NCBI GenBank assembly: GCA_951406725.2 | Contig: OX597815.1 | Coordinates: 155,930,001-155,994,000, forward strand | Direction: 5' to 3' | Source: Octopus vulgaris | Lineage: Eukaryota | Length of the DNA: 64,000 bases | In this document: positions 38,981 through 52,915 of the stretch, piece after piece | Position numbering within the stretch: the stretch's first letter is position 1 | Layout: every line of letters starts with the position of its first letter | The notes under the pieces: generated by a model | What the model saw: only the letters and a program-made list of their open reading frames with translations | What the model was told of the DNA's origin: nothing | Databases searched by the model: none | Translations under genes and position numbers: made by a program

Positions 38981-40599
38981 TGCAATCAAATAAATCCCTT
39001 ACTTTATGTATGACCCTTTATATTTTCACATGAGTATTTTATATACTCTGTCAGAAAAAGCGTTCTAAATTGGCCAGTAATTCTAACAATTCTTAGTTAT
39101 ATATAAGTAGTTCAGTTTAGTTTAGTTTCTAACACGAAATGGAACGTGTCTTTTTCTAAAAACTGTGCACCTTCACTTAGTCGTTCAAGAAATGTGCATC
39201 AATATTTTTTTTTAAGTCTCCATTTTTTTTAAAGTTTACGAACGGCCACACTTATCTTCAATTTTGCGTATTATAACGAAGTTCGGGGTTGTAGAAGGAA
39301 CTTTCTTCTTTTCTAATTAATAGATTGATTACATTTGTCCAGTTATTAAATCCAGCTCCTTTAAAATTTGACGAACATCCGAAAATCATAATCGTACATG
39401 GAAAACAGAATAAGAATTCTATGTTCACTGAGAAATTTAAAATCTCTCTACGTATTGTACCGTTTCGGAGATAGTTTTTAAAATGTCATGACACTTTGAC
39501 TTTATTTGAACAGAAACCTAGTTATTTTATCGAATTATTGTTATTTTTATGAATCACTTTCCATATTTGAAGGAACAGATCAGCTAGAAAGAAAGGAAGT
39601 GGGGAATCAAAAGAATATAAGGATTCTAGCATCATTTCTCTTTTACTTAAGTTTGATATTTACTTGCTAGATAACAAAGCAACCGACAGGAATTTTTACC
39701 ATAGGTCGAGAGTCACGCAGTTTTCTGGAGAGGAAAGCAGTCGATAATGTCAACTCGAAAATTCGATTTGGCCTTATTTCTCCGACTCTACATGAAAGAA
39801 TGGCAATGCCGACTGTCGTGGTGAGTCTAAACTAAAAATGTAAAGAATAGTAACTAAATACTGCAACGATGTATTTATTTGCAAAGGAGGATAACTAAAG
39901 ACAGCAATGAGTTTTTTCTTGTACTTGACTGATTCTAACAATCACTGGCGTTCAGCTCTTTCATAATAAAACTGATTCATGTTTAGGAATAGTAATATTT
40001 TACAAAACAATGGTCTATTGAGATTGTTTCTCATAGCTGGGGACTATAAGAATTAAGGAGGAAGCACACAAAATGTCCAATTTAATACAATCAAAATGCT
40101 TTTATACTTAAATTTTTCCTACATATGGCGAAACACTATAGCCTTTATTTTGTCTTCTCATTAATAAAAACTAGAATGTAGGCAAAAACTTCCCAGATGT
40201 GACTTTTTTGAGGGTGGAGGAAAGTTATTATGAAATAGTCTGAGAACCGATGCATTAATAGAAGGGAATGTATTACATCTTCACAAGGACGTGATAAACA
40301 CAAAATACATGGGGTGCAAAAGGAGGTATACAGTTTTGAAAACAGAAAACACGTACAATAATCATTTATTTTTATCAAAAAATTAAAAGTTAGCCTCATT
40401 TGTTATATTTTCAGTGTCATTAATTATAATAAAACATTTATCATAACTATAATAATACTTTTATCGTAATTTAATTCTTTTGATGAAAATAAATGAGTAT
40501 TGTACGTGTTCTCTTTTTTCATAACCGTTTACCTACTTTTGCATAACACTATATATAAAGGGATTAATAATTCTAATTTTTGGTAGAAAACCAGAAAGT

Positions 40600-41220
40600 T
40601 AGCCCCTAGTTCTTGACAGGTACTTATTTTATCGAACCCGAAAGTGGAAAGGCAAAACCGACCTCGACGGAATTTGAACTTAAAACATAAAGAGCCAGAA
40701 GAGATGGCGTTAAGCATTTTGTCCGACTCGTTAACAATTCTACTAGCTCGCTGCCAAAATTTGGGACGTAGGTTAGTCTATTACATCGACCACCAGTACT
40801 TGAGTGGTATTTATTTTACCATTCCTGAAAGGATGAAAAGCAAAAGCGACCTCAGCGGAATTTGAACTCAGAACGTAAAGACGTAAGAAATATCGCTAAG
40901 CATTTTGTCCGGCGTGCTAACAATTCTGCCAGCTCGCCGCCTATGCTGGGGCTGGGTGGATGTAATAATCCTTTCTACTAGAGGCAAAAGTCCTGAAATT
41001 GTTGGGGAAGGGAGCTAGTCGATTACATCGACCCCGGTGTTACATTGGTACTTAATTTATCGACCCCAAAGAATGGAAGGCAAAGCCGACCTCGGCGGAA
41101 TTTGAACATAACGACGCTAAGTGTTTCGTCCTGCGTGCTACTGATTCTGCCAGTTCGCCATCTTTGCGGTGGATGCGATAATAAAAACTGTTTGATATAC
41201 ACTTGCGGTCATGAAGGTAT

Positions 41221-41254
<34 letters not shown>

Positions 41255-41808
41255 ACGCGCGCACACACACACGCACACGCGTACATACACACGCACACGC
41301 GCGCACACACACACACAGAAATATACACACGCATGCACGCTGATAATTTGTGTGCATTTATATTTATTACACTTTAAATATGGTAAATGCCTGTTTCTTT
41401 ACTACCCACAAGGGGCTACACACAGAGGGTACAAACAAGGACAGACAAACGGATTAAGCCGATTATATGGACCCCAGTGCGTAACTGGCACTTATTCAAT
41501 CGACCCCGAAAGGATGAAAGGCAAAGTCGACCTCGGCAGAATTTGAACTCAGAACGTAACGGCAGACGAAATATCTATTTCTTTACTACCCACAAGGGGC
41601 TACACACAGAGGGTACAAACAAGGACAGACAAACGGATTAAGTCCATTATATCGACCCCAGTGCATAACTGGTACTTAATTTATCGACCCCGAAAGGATG
41701 AAAGGCAAAGTCGACCTCGGCGGAATTTGAACTCAGAACGTAACGACAGACGAAATACCGCTAAGCATTTCGCCCGGTGTGGTAACGTTTCTGCCAGCTC
41801 GCTTCCTT
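40600..41808 (-). mobile_element. Cluster of SINE family B copies, including a tandem dimer at 41393-41808
   Basis: Five reverse-complement copies of the Nin/Deu-like block. Confidence 0.85.
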
Positions 41809-42189
41809 AAATATTGTAAATGCCGTTATTTGATTGGACTTACTAAAATTTGATTGGACTTACGAAGATACTTACATGTATGAATGGTCAGCCCTATAGA
41901 ATTCGTGAGACACACTAATTAATAAGAGGAATTCTTAAATAAACACGCTGTGTTAATATAAATATATATTATACTGTTGCAAAATTAACATCGATGGGTT
42001 ACCAATTTGAGAGTTAATGAAATTTTTTTCATTTATTCATGCAGTTATTTTCTCATCGAAACGATAAGGTAAAGCGGAAAAATAAGGAGCCTGAAATAGG
42101 TCTCTTCATGACTGTAACTTGTGTTACATTTCAAAGATAAATTCTACGGCGGGAAACATTATGCACTTCGGAATACTTAGATACATATA

Positions 42190-42407
42190 CTCTTCACTCT
42201 TTTACTCTTTTACTTGTTTCAGTCATTTGACTGCGGCCATGCTGGAGCACCCCTTTAGTCGAGCAAATCGACCCCAGGACTTATTCTTTGTAAGCCTAGT
42301 AGCTTAGTCTATCGGTCTTTGTTGCCGAACCGCTAAGTTACGGGGACGTAAACACACCAGCATAGGTTGTCAAGCGATGCTGGGGGGACAAACACAGACA
42401 CACAAAA

Positions 42408-42487
<80 letters not shown>

Positions 42488-42660
42488 ACATATATACGAC
42501 AGGCTTCTTTCAGTCTACGTCTACCAAATCCACTCATAAAGCTTTGGTCGGCCCGATGCTATAGTAGAAGACACCTGCCCAAGGTGCCACGCAGTGGGAC
42601 TGAACCCGGAACCATGTGGTTGGTAAGCAAGCTAGTTACCACACAGCCACTCCTACGCCT
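42190..42660 (-). mobile_element. SINE family A
   Basis: Full-length match to 32070-32477. Confidence 0.9.
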
Positions 42661-42911
42661 ACATGTATGTATGTCTGTGCAATATAATTTACAAATAGGA
42701 AAATAATACTAAATGTAGAGTTTGTTCATTAAATTTATTTCAACCGCAACTCGAGTTTCACAATTTACAATCTTTTACACCCACACACTGATTGATCAAT
42801 AAATATATTCATATTACAATAGTTAACATTAACAATAGTTAAGATTTATTACATTTCCATTACATTAACTTCCTTACCGATTTGTTAATGCTCAACTGCT
42901 ATACCAACAAG

Positions 42912-42994
<83 letters not shown>

Positions 42995-45089
42995 TGTGTG
43001 TGTATAAGCTTGTACATAGCTTTGATTTAAAAAGAGATGATCATTTGGGTGTGTAGAGTGACGCTTGGACATAATTCCGCGCTCCGTCAGCCTAAGTCGG
43101 GTCGCCTAGATGAGGGCATAGATTGTAGGATCCGAAACACCTAGTAATACTGGCGATGAGTTCAGTTACAGGGCAATAACCATCGAACCATACGTTAGCG
43201 AAAAAAATGAGCCTTTCTGAAATTATACATGGGGAATCAAATAAATGCAGCTTGTAAACATCATGCATGATACACACATTCGGTCTGATGTTAGATTTTA
43301 CAATCACGAAGTCAATCTGGTGCAATTACTCTGTTAACATTGGTTAAATCTACATAACAAAAATATTAGTGCAGACACTTGCAGAATATTTCAGACCATT
43401 TGTTTAAACAGTTGAATTTATTCCATAATTCATGATATTTTTCAGTAACCATTCGTGTAAGGCCTGCTGTAATCTACAGTTGTCATTTTAATGTGAAAAT
43501 TATTGATATGACTGTATTTCACCTGCTATATATAACTAGATAATATTAGAATTTCTTTTATCGCCATTCGAGAATGACTGTCATTCAACTAACGATTGTT
43601 GAAGAAACCTTCTGCTATTTCGAGGAAATAGCTTTTTGTTATTTTGATGTAGAGCTTGTTGTATAAACAATTGTAAGGAAAGACTAGCTTAGTAGAATTT
43701 AGTATTAAGTTGGCACCAATACAGAATAGCTTTATGTCTACAGTTATACAGAGCGCTTCTGTCCTTCTTTTATGAAATTTACTACTTACAATATTAGGAA
43801 TTTTAGTTTTTACATCAATAATTTACCTTAATAGTTTTCTACTGAATAACTTATGATAACTAAACATAAGTATTAAGTATAGTTTTAGCTATACTAGTGT
43901 TTACATTTAACGGGAAAGAATAGTTAAACGAAATCATATTCATATTCGGTTCCTTCTTTTATTATTATACTTTTTCCAGATATAAAGCTAATTATATCTG
44001 TGAATCCAATTTTTCCAACGCAAAGGTATAAAAAGAAATTTCATTAGAGGTTGCATAAACCGTAACTTCTTTTGCGTATATTATTACAAGCTTTTCTTAA
44101 ATATACGATATGAGGCAGGTTATATATTTCTTATTAATATACACCTAAGAATTTAATCGTGCAAATATCAATGGGTATTCCAAGTCTTAAATCTTTGAAA
44201 TATCGCCTCAATGAGGGTCGTTACAATAGTGTTAGTCCAACATCTCTTCTATTGATTTGTATTTAGTGTTTCCAACTCGTAATTAAATGTATTTGTTATG
44301 TAAAGACGAGCAGGCATTCAGCACAGTATTTCTCTTCAGCACCATAGTAACGCACATTCTGATGTCAATATCCTTCCGCAAGACGAAGCTTTATCGAAAA
44401 AGTAACGATTATCTTGAATACATAACGATCACAAATATTGCTATTTACAGTGCGATGACTATTTTTTTACTGAATTCCAATGCACTTGTTAGCAGTGATT
44501 TAAAAATAGACGAATACAGCAAACTAATGTTAATTATGTAAATCTATATCTACTTTTGTTCCTAATACTATTTAAATAATTAACAAAACCATTACTATAA
44601 TTCCAATGACAAATAATGGTGGGATTCACATTATAATTGATATAATTTTAGAATCTACTTGCTGACCACTCCAAGTTCATTAACCTAAGTGTAGGGTTCT
44701 TTTTTTTCCTCATAAATTCCATATACACACATATATATATATGTATGTGTGTATGTATATAGATGTGTGTGTGTGTGCGAGCGTATGTATGTATGTATGT
44801 ATGTATGTAGGTAGGTAGGTACGTATTGGGTCATCCCCTAAATATTGCGGTCTTTTCAATTACATGAACTAAAAGACGGAGGGGGATGGAATAAACTACC
44901 CGCAGCACACACACACACACACACACACACATGATATGGGTGGCTAATTCAGAATATTACAACCTGAAGGCAGAAATATATACGGCACTAAAATGAACAA
45001 GGGCACTAATCAGCACCAGTATTGCTAGAAACAAGAGTCAAAACAACTCAATAAACACAAAAGCACTATCTTAATGGCTATATACATTC

Positions 45090-45132
<43 letters not shown>

Positions 45133-45135
<3 letters not shown>

Positions 45136-45930
45136 TCATCATCGTTTAACGTCTGCTTTCCATGCTAGCATGGGTTGAACGATTTAAGTGAGGTCTGGCG
45201 AACCAGCCTCCAATCTGATCTGGCAGAGTTTCTACAGCTGAATGCTTTTCCTAACGCCAGCCACTCCGAGAGTGTATTGGGTGCTTTTACGTGCCACCGA
45301 CACGAGGGCCAATCAGGTGGTACTGGCAACGGTCACACTCAAATAGTGCTTTTTATGAGCCACCTACACTAGCAACAACCTTGCTCGAAGTACTAGTAAG
45401 GCGACGCATGCAACGATCACGTTCGAATGGTACTTTTTACATGCCACCAGCATGGAAGCCAGTTTGTTGCTCTGGCAACGATCACGCTCGAATGGTACTC
45501 TTAGCTTCCACTAGCACGGATGCCAGTCATCGAATTTGATTTCGATTTCGATTTCACTTGCCTCAACAGAACCTCGCAAGCAGAGTTTAGTGTCCAATGA
45601 AGGAAAGGTACGCATAAGTGGGCTTGGTTACACCCCTGGCATAGGCCACGAGGTTATAGTCTCACTTGGCTTGCCGAGTCTTCTCAAGCACAGCATATTT
45701 CCAAAGGCCCCGGTCACTAGCCATTGCCTCGGTGAGGCTCAATGTTCGAAGGTCATGCATCACCACCTCATCTCAGGTCTTCTTGAGTCTACCTCTTCCA
45801 CAGGTTCTCTCAACCGCTAGGGTGTGGCACTTTTCCACACAGCTATCCACATCCATTCTCGCCACATGGCCATACCAGCGCAGTCGTCTCTCTTGCACAC
45901 CACATGTGATGCTTCTTAGGTCCAATATAT
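45133..45930 (-). mobile_element. RTE-clade LINE 3' end with 3' UTR
   Basis: LRSITCGVQERRLRWYGHVARMD..CV..C..L.V...CGRGR.KKTW motif; 3' end terminates in (GAT)n. Confidence 0.85.
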
Positions 45931-46217
45931 TTGTGTTGTATGTGTGTGTGTGTATACATATATACACTTACATCCAAATATTTTATCAAAGTTAGCGCAT
46001 ATTATATGTATATATACTACATATGGTAAAGTTCTGCTTGCTAATGGTGAACAAGTAACCTTTAATACAGTATCAACTTTCATATGTGCGTCGGTGACTA
46101 AGCTGAACATCCGTCCTTGTTCAATGGGTGTAAATTTGGGTCGGAAAAGTACTCAGAATAAAGCTTCTCAAAGAACGGACGCATATACATATCGCAGAGA
46201 AGACAGTATGCTTGTAT

Positions 46218-46532
46218 TGTTGTTGCTGTTTGCTGGTTCCTTCTCGAGCCATGGCTGGCACATAAGGGCCGGTTTCCCGGTTTCTTGGCGTATAGGTTCC
46301 CCACCTGGACGGGAAGCCAGTCCATCGCAGGTGAGCTGCAAGATGCAGGAGGAAAGAGTGAGAGAAAGTTGTGGCGAAAGAGTCAATAGGAAGTTCGCCA
46401 TTACCTTCTGCCGGAGCCGCGTGGAGCTTAGGTGTTTCGCTCATAAACACACACATCGTCCGGTCTGAGATTCGAACCCGTGATCCCTCGACTGCGAGTC
46501 CGCTGCTCTAACCACTAGGCCACGTGCCTCCA
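46218..46532 (-). mobile_element. tRNA-derived SINE sharing its head with family C but with a different tail
   Basis: Minus strand ggaggcacgtggcctagtggttagagcagcggactcgc..gggttcgaatc, (CAA)n tail and imperfect TSD acagtatg(c/g)ttgtat. Confidence 0.85.
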
Positions 46533-47063
46533 CAGTATGGTTGTATGGTATAAAGGCGACACCAAGTTATTACTGATTGAAACAGCATAATGATATTATG
46601 AGACATTGAAACGTCACTGTTTCTTACAGTGCATCGAAAGTCTTCCTTGGCTAGGGATAAGTGTGTGTAATTTACGTTTTGGCTTATGTATACAGACATA
46701 CAAATAATTTATATTGTGGTGTGTGTGTGTGTGTGTACGTGCGTGAATAATTCATGCAATAATGTGTATGCAGACATATATTTCGTATGAATAAATCTAT
46801 TTCTGAATAAATGTGTGTATGATTTTCTACGTGTTATGTAATGTGTGTAGTGAGTCTATGGCTCACGTTCCACGCTTTTTATTGGTAAGCACCTGTTATC
46901 GCGAATGTAAATTGAACCCATTAATAGGATCGTGATTATAGATTTCCTACATGTCTGACTGTGTATTACCCATCTCTCTCTCTCTTTCTCCGTCTATCAG
47001 TCTGTCTGCCTCTCTCATATGATTCCATCTATTTGTCTGTCCCATCAAATGTGTACAATTACA

Positions 47064-47116
<53 letters not shown>

Positions 47117-47589
47117 TCATGCGTATAGATGCATACATGTATATTTATGCCTATAAATACATATGCATATGTGTTTATGTGTGTATGTATGTATAATTAC
47201 ATTGTCTACAAGTAATTTTAGCTATTTATGAAGACTCAAAAACTGTCGCGTTCTCTTTTCTTATTTCTTGATTATATTGATTGCTAGAAAGTGTCACTGA
47301 CACCATTTCACTGGATCTGTTAAATGCTAGTTTCTAACCAGATTTTATGTGCCTCGGGACTTTTCTTCCATTCTTTTTTTATATTTCATCTGTCTTATTT
47401 ACAATTTGCTCCATAGTCAGCTATCATTTCGTTCTGCGATCTGACTCTATATTAGATTTGTTGGTCTATCGATGGTTTTAGTTTCAATTCGTTCGTATTT
47501 TCTCTTTCTGCTTTCCCTCCTTCTCACTTTCTAATTTTTAAACCTATATTATGATTTATTATTATCATTAATTATTATTATTATTTTAG

Positions 47590-47760
47590 GACGGCGAGCT
47601 GGCAGAATTGTTAGCACGCTGGACAAAATACTTACGTTCTGAGTTCAAAATCCGCCAAGGCCGACTTTGTCTTTCATTCCTTCAATGTCAATTAAATAAC
47701 TACCCGTTGAACACTGGGGCCGATTTAATCGACTTATCCCCTCCCACGAAGTTGTTGACC
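47590..47760 (+). mobile_element. SINE family B, decayed
   Basis: ggcgagctggcagaa head and Nin/Deu-like block. Confidence 0.75.
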
Positions 47761-47921
47761 TTGTTCCATTATTATTATTAGTTGTAATAGTTTTTCAGAG
47801 CGTAGAGGAGCTTTCAGTAATCAGAGAAGTCATGAGCCGAATATTTATATACTACTCCAAAGTGTGTTTATAAGTCGTCTAAAATAGATTGTGATCGAAG
47901 TGTGTAAAGTTATAGACACAC

Positions 47922-48206
47922 TTTCTGGGGCATTGGTGTTTCAGCACCTTGCGTCTCGTCAACCAGAAGTGTCGGACCCTGAACCTAAATGCAGCATCTG
48001 ATACTGTTTAAACTTTCAGTGAACGAATTCAGATCTCGCTGAATCGTTGCATATAAATATTTTTGTTTATAGGTTAGCTTATATAAACACCAATAGCAAA
48101 CAATTTGTTCGCTGAAAGTATAACAAAAGAGGCTGCGTTTAGGCTCAGAGCTCCGAGTGGCGTGGACTGACGAGACACAGCATGTTGAAACACCGGTGTG
48201 CTAGAA
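47922..48206. repeat. Inverted repeat whose arms each contain a degenerate hammerhead core
   Basis: Right arm CTGACGA-GACA-cagca-TGTT-GAAAC-accggt-GTG at 48167-48200. Left arm reverse complement ttgacgagacgcaaggtgctgaaacacc. Confidence 0.65.
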
Positions 48207-48393
48207 CCCTGTGCCAATGAGTCGAGTGAGTTGAACATACTGTCGTCGAAAAAGGGAGCAGTTACTCTCCTGTAATATACATTACTGTGACCGGCATATG
48301 TTGCATGGAATCTGCTTAGATATGCCGTATATATATATATATATAGTTACTATTTGTAAATCTCTCAACGAGAGGCATCAGTAACAGAACTCT

Positions 48394-48806
48394 AGAGTAA
48401 AGATTATTTTCCAACATTCCGTGGCAGTCTTGGTTAGGATGAATGCTACTGTTATTTAGCCCCAGGAAACATCGTCTCCAGCTGGCTATACGACACACAA
48501 TCTCTGTCCTTATATTTTCGAACAAGAGAGTTTAGCATCCCCATTTAGCACAAAACAATATCTATAAACAAGAATTTAGAAGCACCACCTCTAGTTATTC
48601 TGTGTTGATGAAGAGAAGTAATCCAGAAATTGCGATACACAGATATTGTTTTGTGCTGAGTGAGGATGCTAAACTCCTTTGTTCGAAAATATAAGGATTC
48701 AGTGTGTCGTATAACCAGCTGGAGATGATGTTTCTTGAGGCTAAATAGCAGTAACATTCGTCCTAACTAGGATTGCCACGTTATGATGGGAAATAATCTT
48801 TACTCT
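48394..48806. mobile_element. MITE-like long inverted repeat (~170-bp arms, ~75-bp spacer)
   Basis: agagtaaagattatt..ccagctggctatacgacacac..ttatattttcgaacaa..agcacaaaacaatatct is mirrored by agatattgttttgtgct..ttgttcgaaaatataa..aataatctttactct. Confidence 0.85.
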
Positions 48807-48811
48807 CTCTC

Positions 48812-48851
<40 letters not shown>

Positions 48852-49007
48852 CATATCTATATACACACACATATATATATATATATACGTACAAAGTACC
48901 CTTTATGGCGAGAAACCCAGGCTAACCCTATAAACGGCCTTCAGTAATAAATATAGACTGCTCTACTTCTCAGACTGCTTCTTCGAATTTATGCTTTTCT
49001 AAAAAAA

Positions 49008-49065
<58 letters not shown>

Positions 49066-49088
49066 TATTTACACACACACACACACAG

Positions 49089-49120
<32 letters not shown>

Positions 49121-50306
49121 ACACACATGTATATATATATATATATATATAACCTGGTCGTTGTCCTATCACGTTCCCAACAACGGTTTGGTTTTCATCC
49201 ACGTTGCTAAAGTTCATGTAAACGTTATTTAAAAAAAAAATTTATACGACTGTATGATTCATCAGTATTTCCATTTAACGCTGATAAAATTCCTTTACAC
49301 TTTCCTCTCTGCCGAGACTAGTTGATGTAAGCAAAACAACGCTTCAGGCACCGTCTAGACTCATGAGTCGGAAACAGAGAATTTTAAAGTAGAAATGTCT
49401 CACAATTTTATTCTATTCCAGTCTCATTTGGAAATGTCTAAAATATGAAAGATTAAATTGTTCATTGAACATAATCTTCGTGTGAGTGAGCATTTTCCCG
49501 TTGTCTGGAGCTAACAATGTCTCTACGAACGTGTGCTGCACCATGTTATCAATTGTTCCTGATCACCTGATGAGATTTACGCCGCTGACATTAAATGCAA
49601 AAGATTCATGCCATATTATTCAGTTTCACTTAAGTTTGTTCCTGTTTGTAGTTTCTGATTAAACATCTGATAATAGGTTGAACTTATTGATATTGCAGTG
49701 TTAAATAGATTCACGTAGACTAAGTACATGACAAATAAACAACTGTAAGCATTTTACCAAGCCAGAGCTATACATCGAAGGTTTCACTTCTCAGTTAAAT
49801 TGCTTTCATTTTAATAAAGTTATTAATGCAATTAGATAAAAGTATGGTGCTAATATTTTCTAATCATCTTAACTGTCATTAAAATATGTTCATGCGAATG
49901 AATTCACATACACGGAGAACGAAGTACGTTACTAGATCGACACCAACTCCCAAAAACACTGCAATATCACTGTTTTTGCATTGCCTTATTTTAGATCTGA
50001 GCAGGTTAACCAATGATCAAAATGTTCCAGCTATGGCCATCCCCAATTTGTTTTGTTACGCAGCCAAATCTCCTTCAGAAAGATCAGAGCCACATCTGGC
50101 TTCGTAGTAAAGCAAATACTTCAGTGTTGTCCAATGACCCAAAAGGACATTACATGTTTTTTCCTTCCTATCAAATATAGTAAAGTGGGCTGAACTGTTA
50201 GAAATGTAAACAAAAGCATATAAAGGAACGAGTGTTTCGAAAACATGGTAGACTTTTAAAAAAGACAAACTAAAACACATATTTAAAAATTGAAGAAACA
50301 TCTTAC

Positions 50307-51917
50307 CTCGAGTTGTAGTAAATTGCTTATCTGATGGCACCATGCTTTGTAATCATGTCCTAACACTGACAGCTTATTAAGGAAATCGCGCATTTCGTGG
50401 ATCACAAGGGAACCACTCTCAAGATCAGTCTTACACACGCTAACCCACGTATTCATGACTTTGAGAACACCTCGATGATCATAAGGAATCTCATTTAATA
50501 AATTTCTCATTGGTGTAGACATCTGTATATTGCCGTTGATATTCATGAAAGATGGAATGATATCTGATTCTGGACTGTTACTTGACTGACCAATGAATTT
50601 CTCAATCACCGCTGAATTATTATCCGTAGACATTTGGCTTGACAAATTTATTTTATCATCCCTATTTGTAACAGAATTTCTAGGAGTAAATAAGTCACAA
50701 AATGTATGCGGACTTTGGCTTGAACTTGAACCCAAGGGTGACGATGGAGGCTCGAATCGAACCACAATATTCGTAAGGGACGTGTCTGCAAAGTCTTCAT
50801 CTGTATTTGTTATCATGCCGGAGCCCATATTTGTTGCAGTTATGGTCACAGCTGAAGTAGATTTACAAAGTGAATCAAGCACTTGGCCACTGGGTAAAAT
50901 GGCTTTGTTACATAAAGCATTATCCGAAGCAAAATTATCAGTAGTGATTGAATAAAGAGTGTCTTCTACTGATGAGCTGCTAACTACACGGCATGATAGA
51001 TTTTCGGGGACAGAACTGGATCGAGAAAACACTGGGGAAATGTCTGACATTGCAGTATCCATTACAAATGTAGGTAAGTTGATAAGCTCTCGTTGGAATG
51101 CAGCTATATCTATATCTGGAGTGGAAGAAATCGAAGATGGCTTAGAACTAACTTGACTTAACTGACTACACACACTATCTCTGTGTGTCACTGAAACATT
51201 AACATTGGATTTTGAAAGACGTTTTTTACTTGGCCAACGAAATAGCTTTCTGGAGGTTTTTGACGCGTCACCATCTGGAGTGCCATGATTGCTATCTAAA
51301 CTACATGGAGAGGCAGTTATATTCAGATCCAAAGGAGTGACCAAACTCTCGCTAATCACTCTCAAGGCAGACTTGGTTGTACCGTTTTTTATTTGCAATG
51401 TATTTGGTCGTGCTAAGTCCCTTTCACATACCTTGAGTGAGTTATTGGCGATGTTGTTCTCTTCTTGTGAATTTGTTATTTGTACATGAAGGTTAATTTT
51501 CCGCCTTTTGGGCAGAGATTCTTTGTTACCATCTCCATTTGTCTCTCCGATATTTTCTCTTAAGTTGTCTCTAGGTGGGCAAATTTCCATTGGGAGAACT
51601 TTTGGTGGTTTTAATTTACAATCTGATGAAAGGGTTTTTCGTTTCACCATATTTCCAAATAGTTTATGAGCTAAAAGGCGTAATATGATAACTGGATGGA
51701 CAAGCATAGGGAGAGCACTGAGTAAAAATTCTCGGAATGTTTTTGTATTGTTATCTGCAAGAAAAGACACTGAACTTGCTGGAGAAATAAGTGGAGAGAC
51801 TTTGTAGGGTGAACATGAATCGACGGCTGGTTCAATAACATCGCACAAACTTTGAACTGAACTGGAGAGATGAATTGCTGGAGGCTGCATACACTCATTC
51901 TCTTCTTTTACAGCTTC
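50307..51917 (-). CDS. PLCE1: 1611-nt coding exon (537 aa): REM-like domain halves separated by a Ser-rich insert; tentatively PLC-epsilon-like
   Basis: Longest non-repetitive ORF in the window. Acceptor ctcgtttctag|GAA and donor CTCGAG|gtaaga, both phase 0. Motifs TFREFLLSALPMLVHPVIILRLL and RGVLKVMNTWVSVCKTDLE..EMRDFLNKL fit the RasGEF_N consensus. Confidence 0.85.
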
Positions 51918-52228
51918 CTAGAAACGAGAGACAGACAATTATAAGCAAAACTTTTTTTATATATGTATAAATATGATATTTAATGAAACACGAAGTATTA
52001 TGCGTTGTAAAATACAGTCATTACTTTTACACAAAATCAGTGAATATAAAGGACATGAGGAGCAAAAGGTTTAATTTCAACAGTAAATAATTAGTAGTTT
52101 TTCATCGGTCGACGGTGTTGCAAAGACAGTAACGTAACCATCTCTGCTGTGCCTTGGCCGATTCCAGAAGCAATGCCTAGCCCTTAGTGTATTTACCACC
52201 TCTCTCATCGTGAAGATGCTGCGAAGGA

Positions 52229-52915
52229 AAGACAAGTCAGTACGCTTCAAGCATTCATAGAATCGCAGGAGATGCCACATATTGGTTAAGTATTACGGTA
52301 CATGTATGTTTTAGGGTCTCTCACGCCAAAATTTTCTCTAGGGGTTTATTCCCATAGCGTTTTTCAAGCACTGTAAATTACCACACTCGGTAACAGAGGA
52401 TTATTATTATAGTTGGAATTGTTTATACTAAGCCAGTCCCAGCGGAGGAAAAGAAACCAACCGGGATTCCCTAAGTAACAGCGAGTGAACCGGGAGAAGC
52501 CCAACGCCGAATCTCGTCGGCCGCGCCGGTCGTCGCGAGCTGCGGGTGCAGATTTCGGTGGTAGTAGCAAATATTCAAACGAGACCTTCGAAGACCGAAG
52601 TGGAGAAGGGTTCCGAAGCGCCTCTAATGTGCAAATCGATCGTCGGAACCGGGTGTAGGGGCGAAAGACCAATCGAGCCGTCTAGTAGCTGGTTCCCTCC
52701 GAAGACAAGTCAGTACGCTTCAAGCATTCATAGAATCGCAGGAGATGCCACATATTGGTTAAGTATTACGGTACATGTATGTTTTAGGGTCTCTCACGCC
52801 AAATTTTCTCTAGGGGTTTATTCCCATAGCGGTTTTCAAACACTCTGTAAATTACCACACTCGGTAACAGAGGTTTATTATTATAGTTGGAATTGTTTAT
52901 ACTAAGCCAGTCCCA
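52229..52915. repeat. ~213-bp direct duplication (52229-52441 and 52702-52915) flanking an rRNA-derived insert
   Basis: Both copies run aagacaagtcagtacgc...actaagccagtccca, with about five differences. Confidence 0.95.
52441..52704 (+). pseudogene. Rearranged 28S (LSU) rRNA fragments
   Basis: Universal LSU blocks gcggaggaaaagaaac, gcagat..ggtggtagtagcaaatattcaaacgag..gaagtggagaagggttcc and taggggcgaaagac.aatcga.cc.tctagtagctggttccctccgaag. Confidence 0.92.

Noticed and set aside
50593-51489. Plus-strand ORFs overlapping the large exon
   Set aside because: Antisense shadows of the real minus-strand reading frame.
52441-52704. Functional rRNA gene
   Set aside because: Only ~260 bp, fragmented and out of order; no 18S or 5.8S context.
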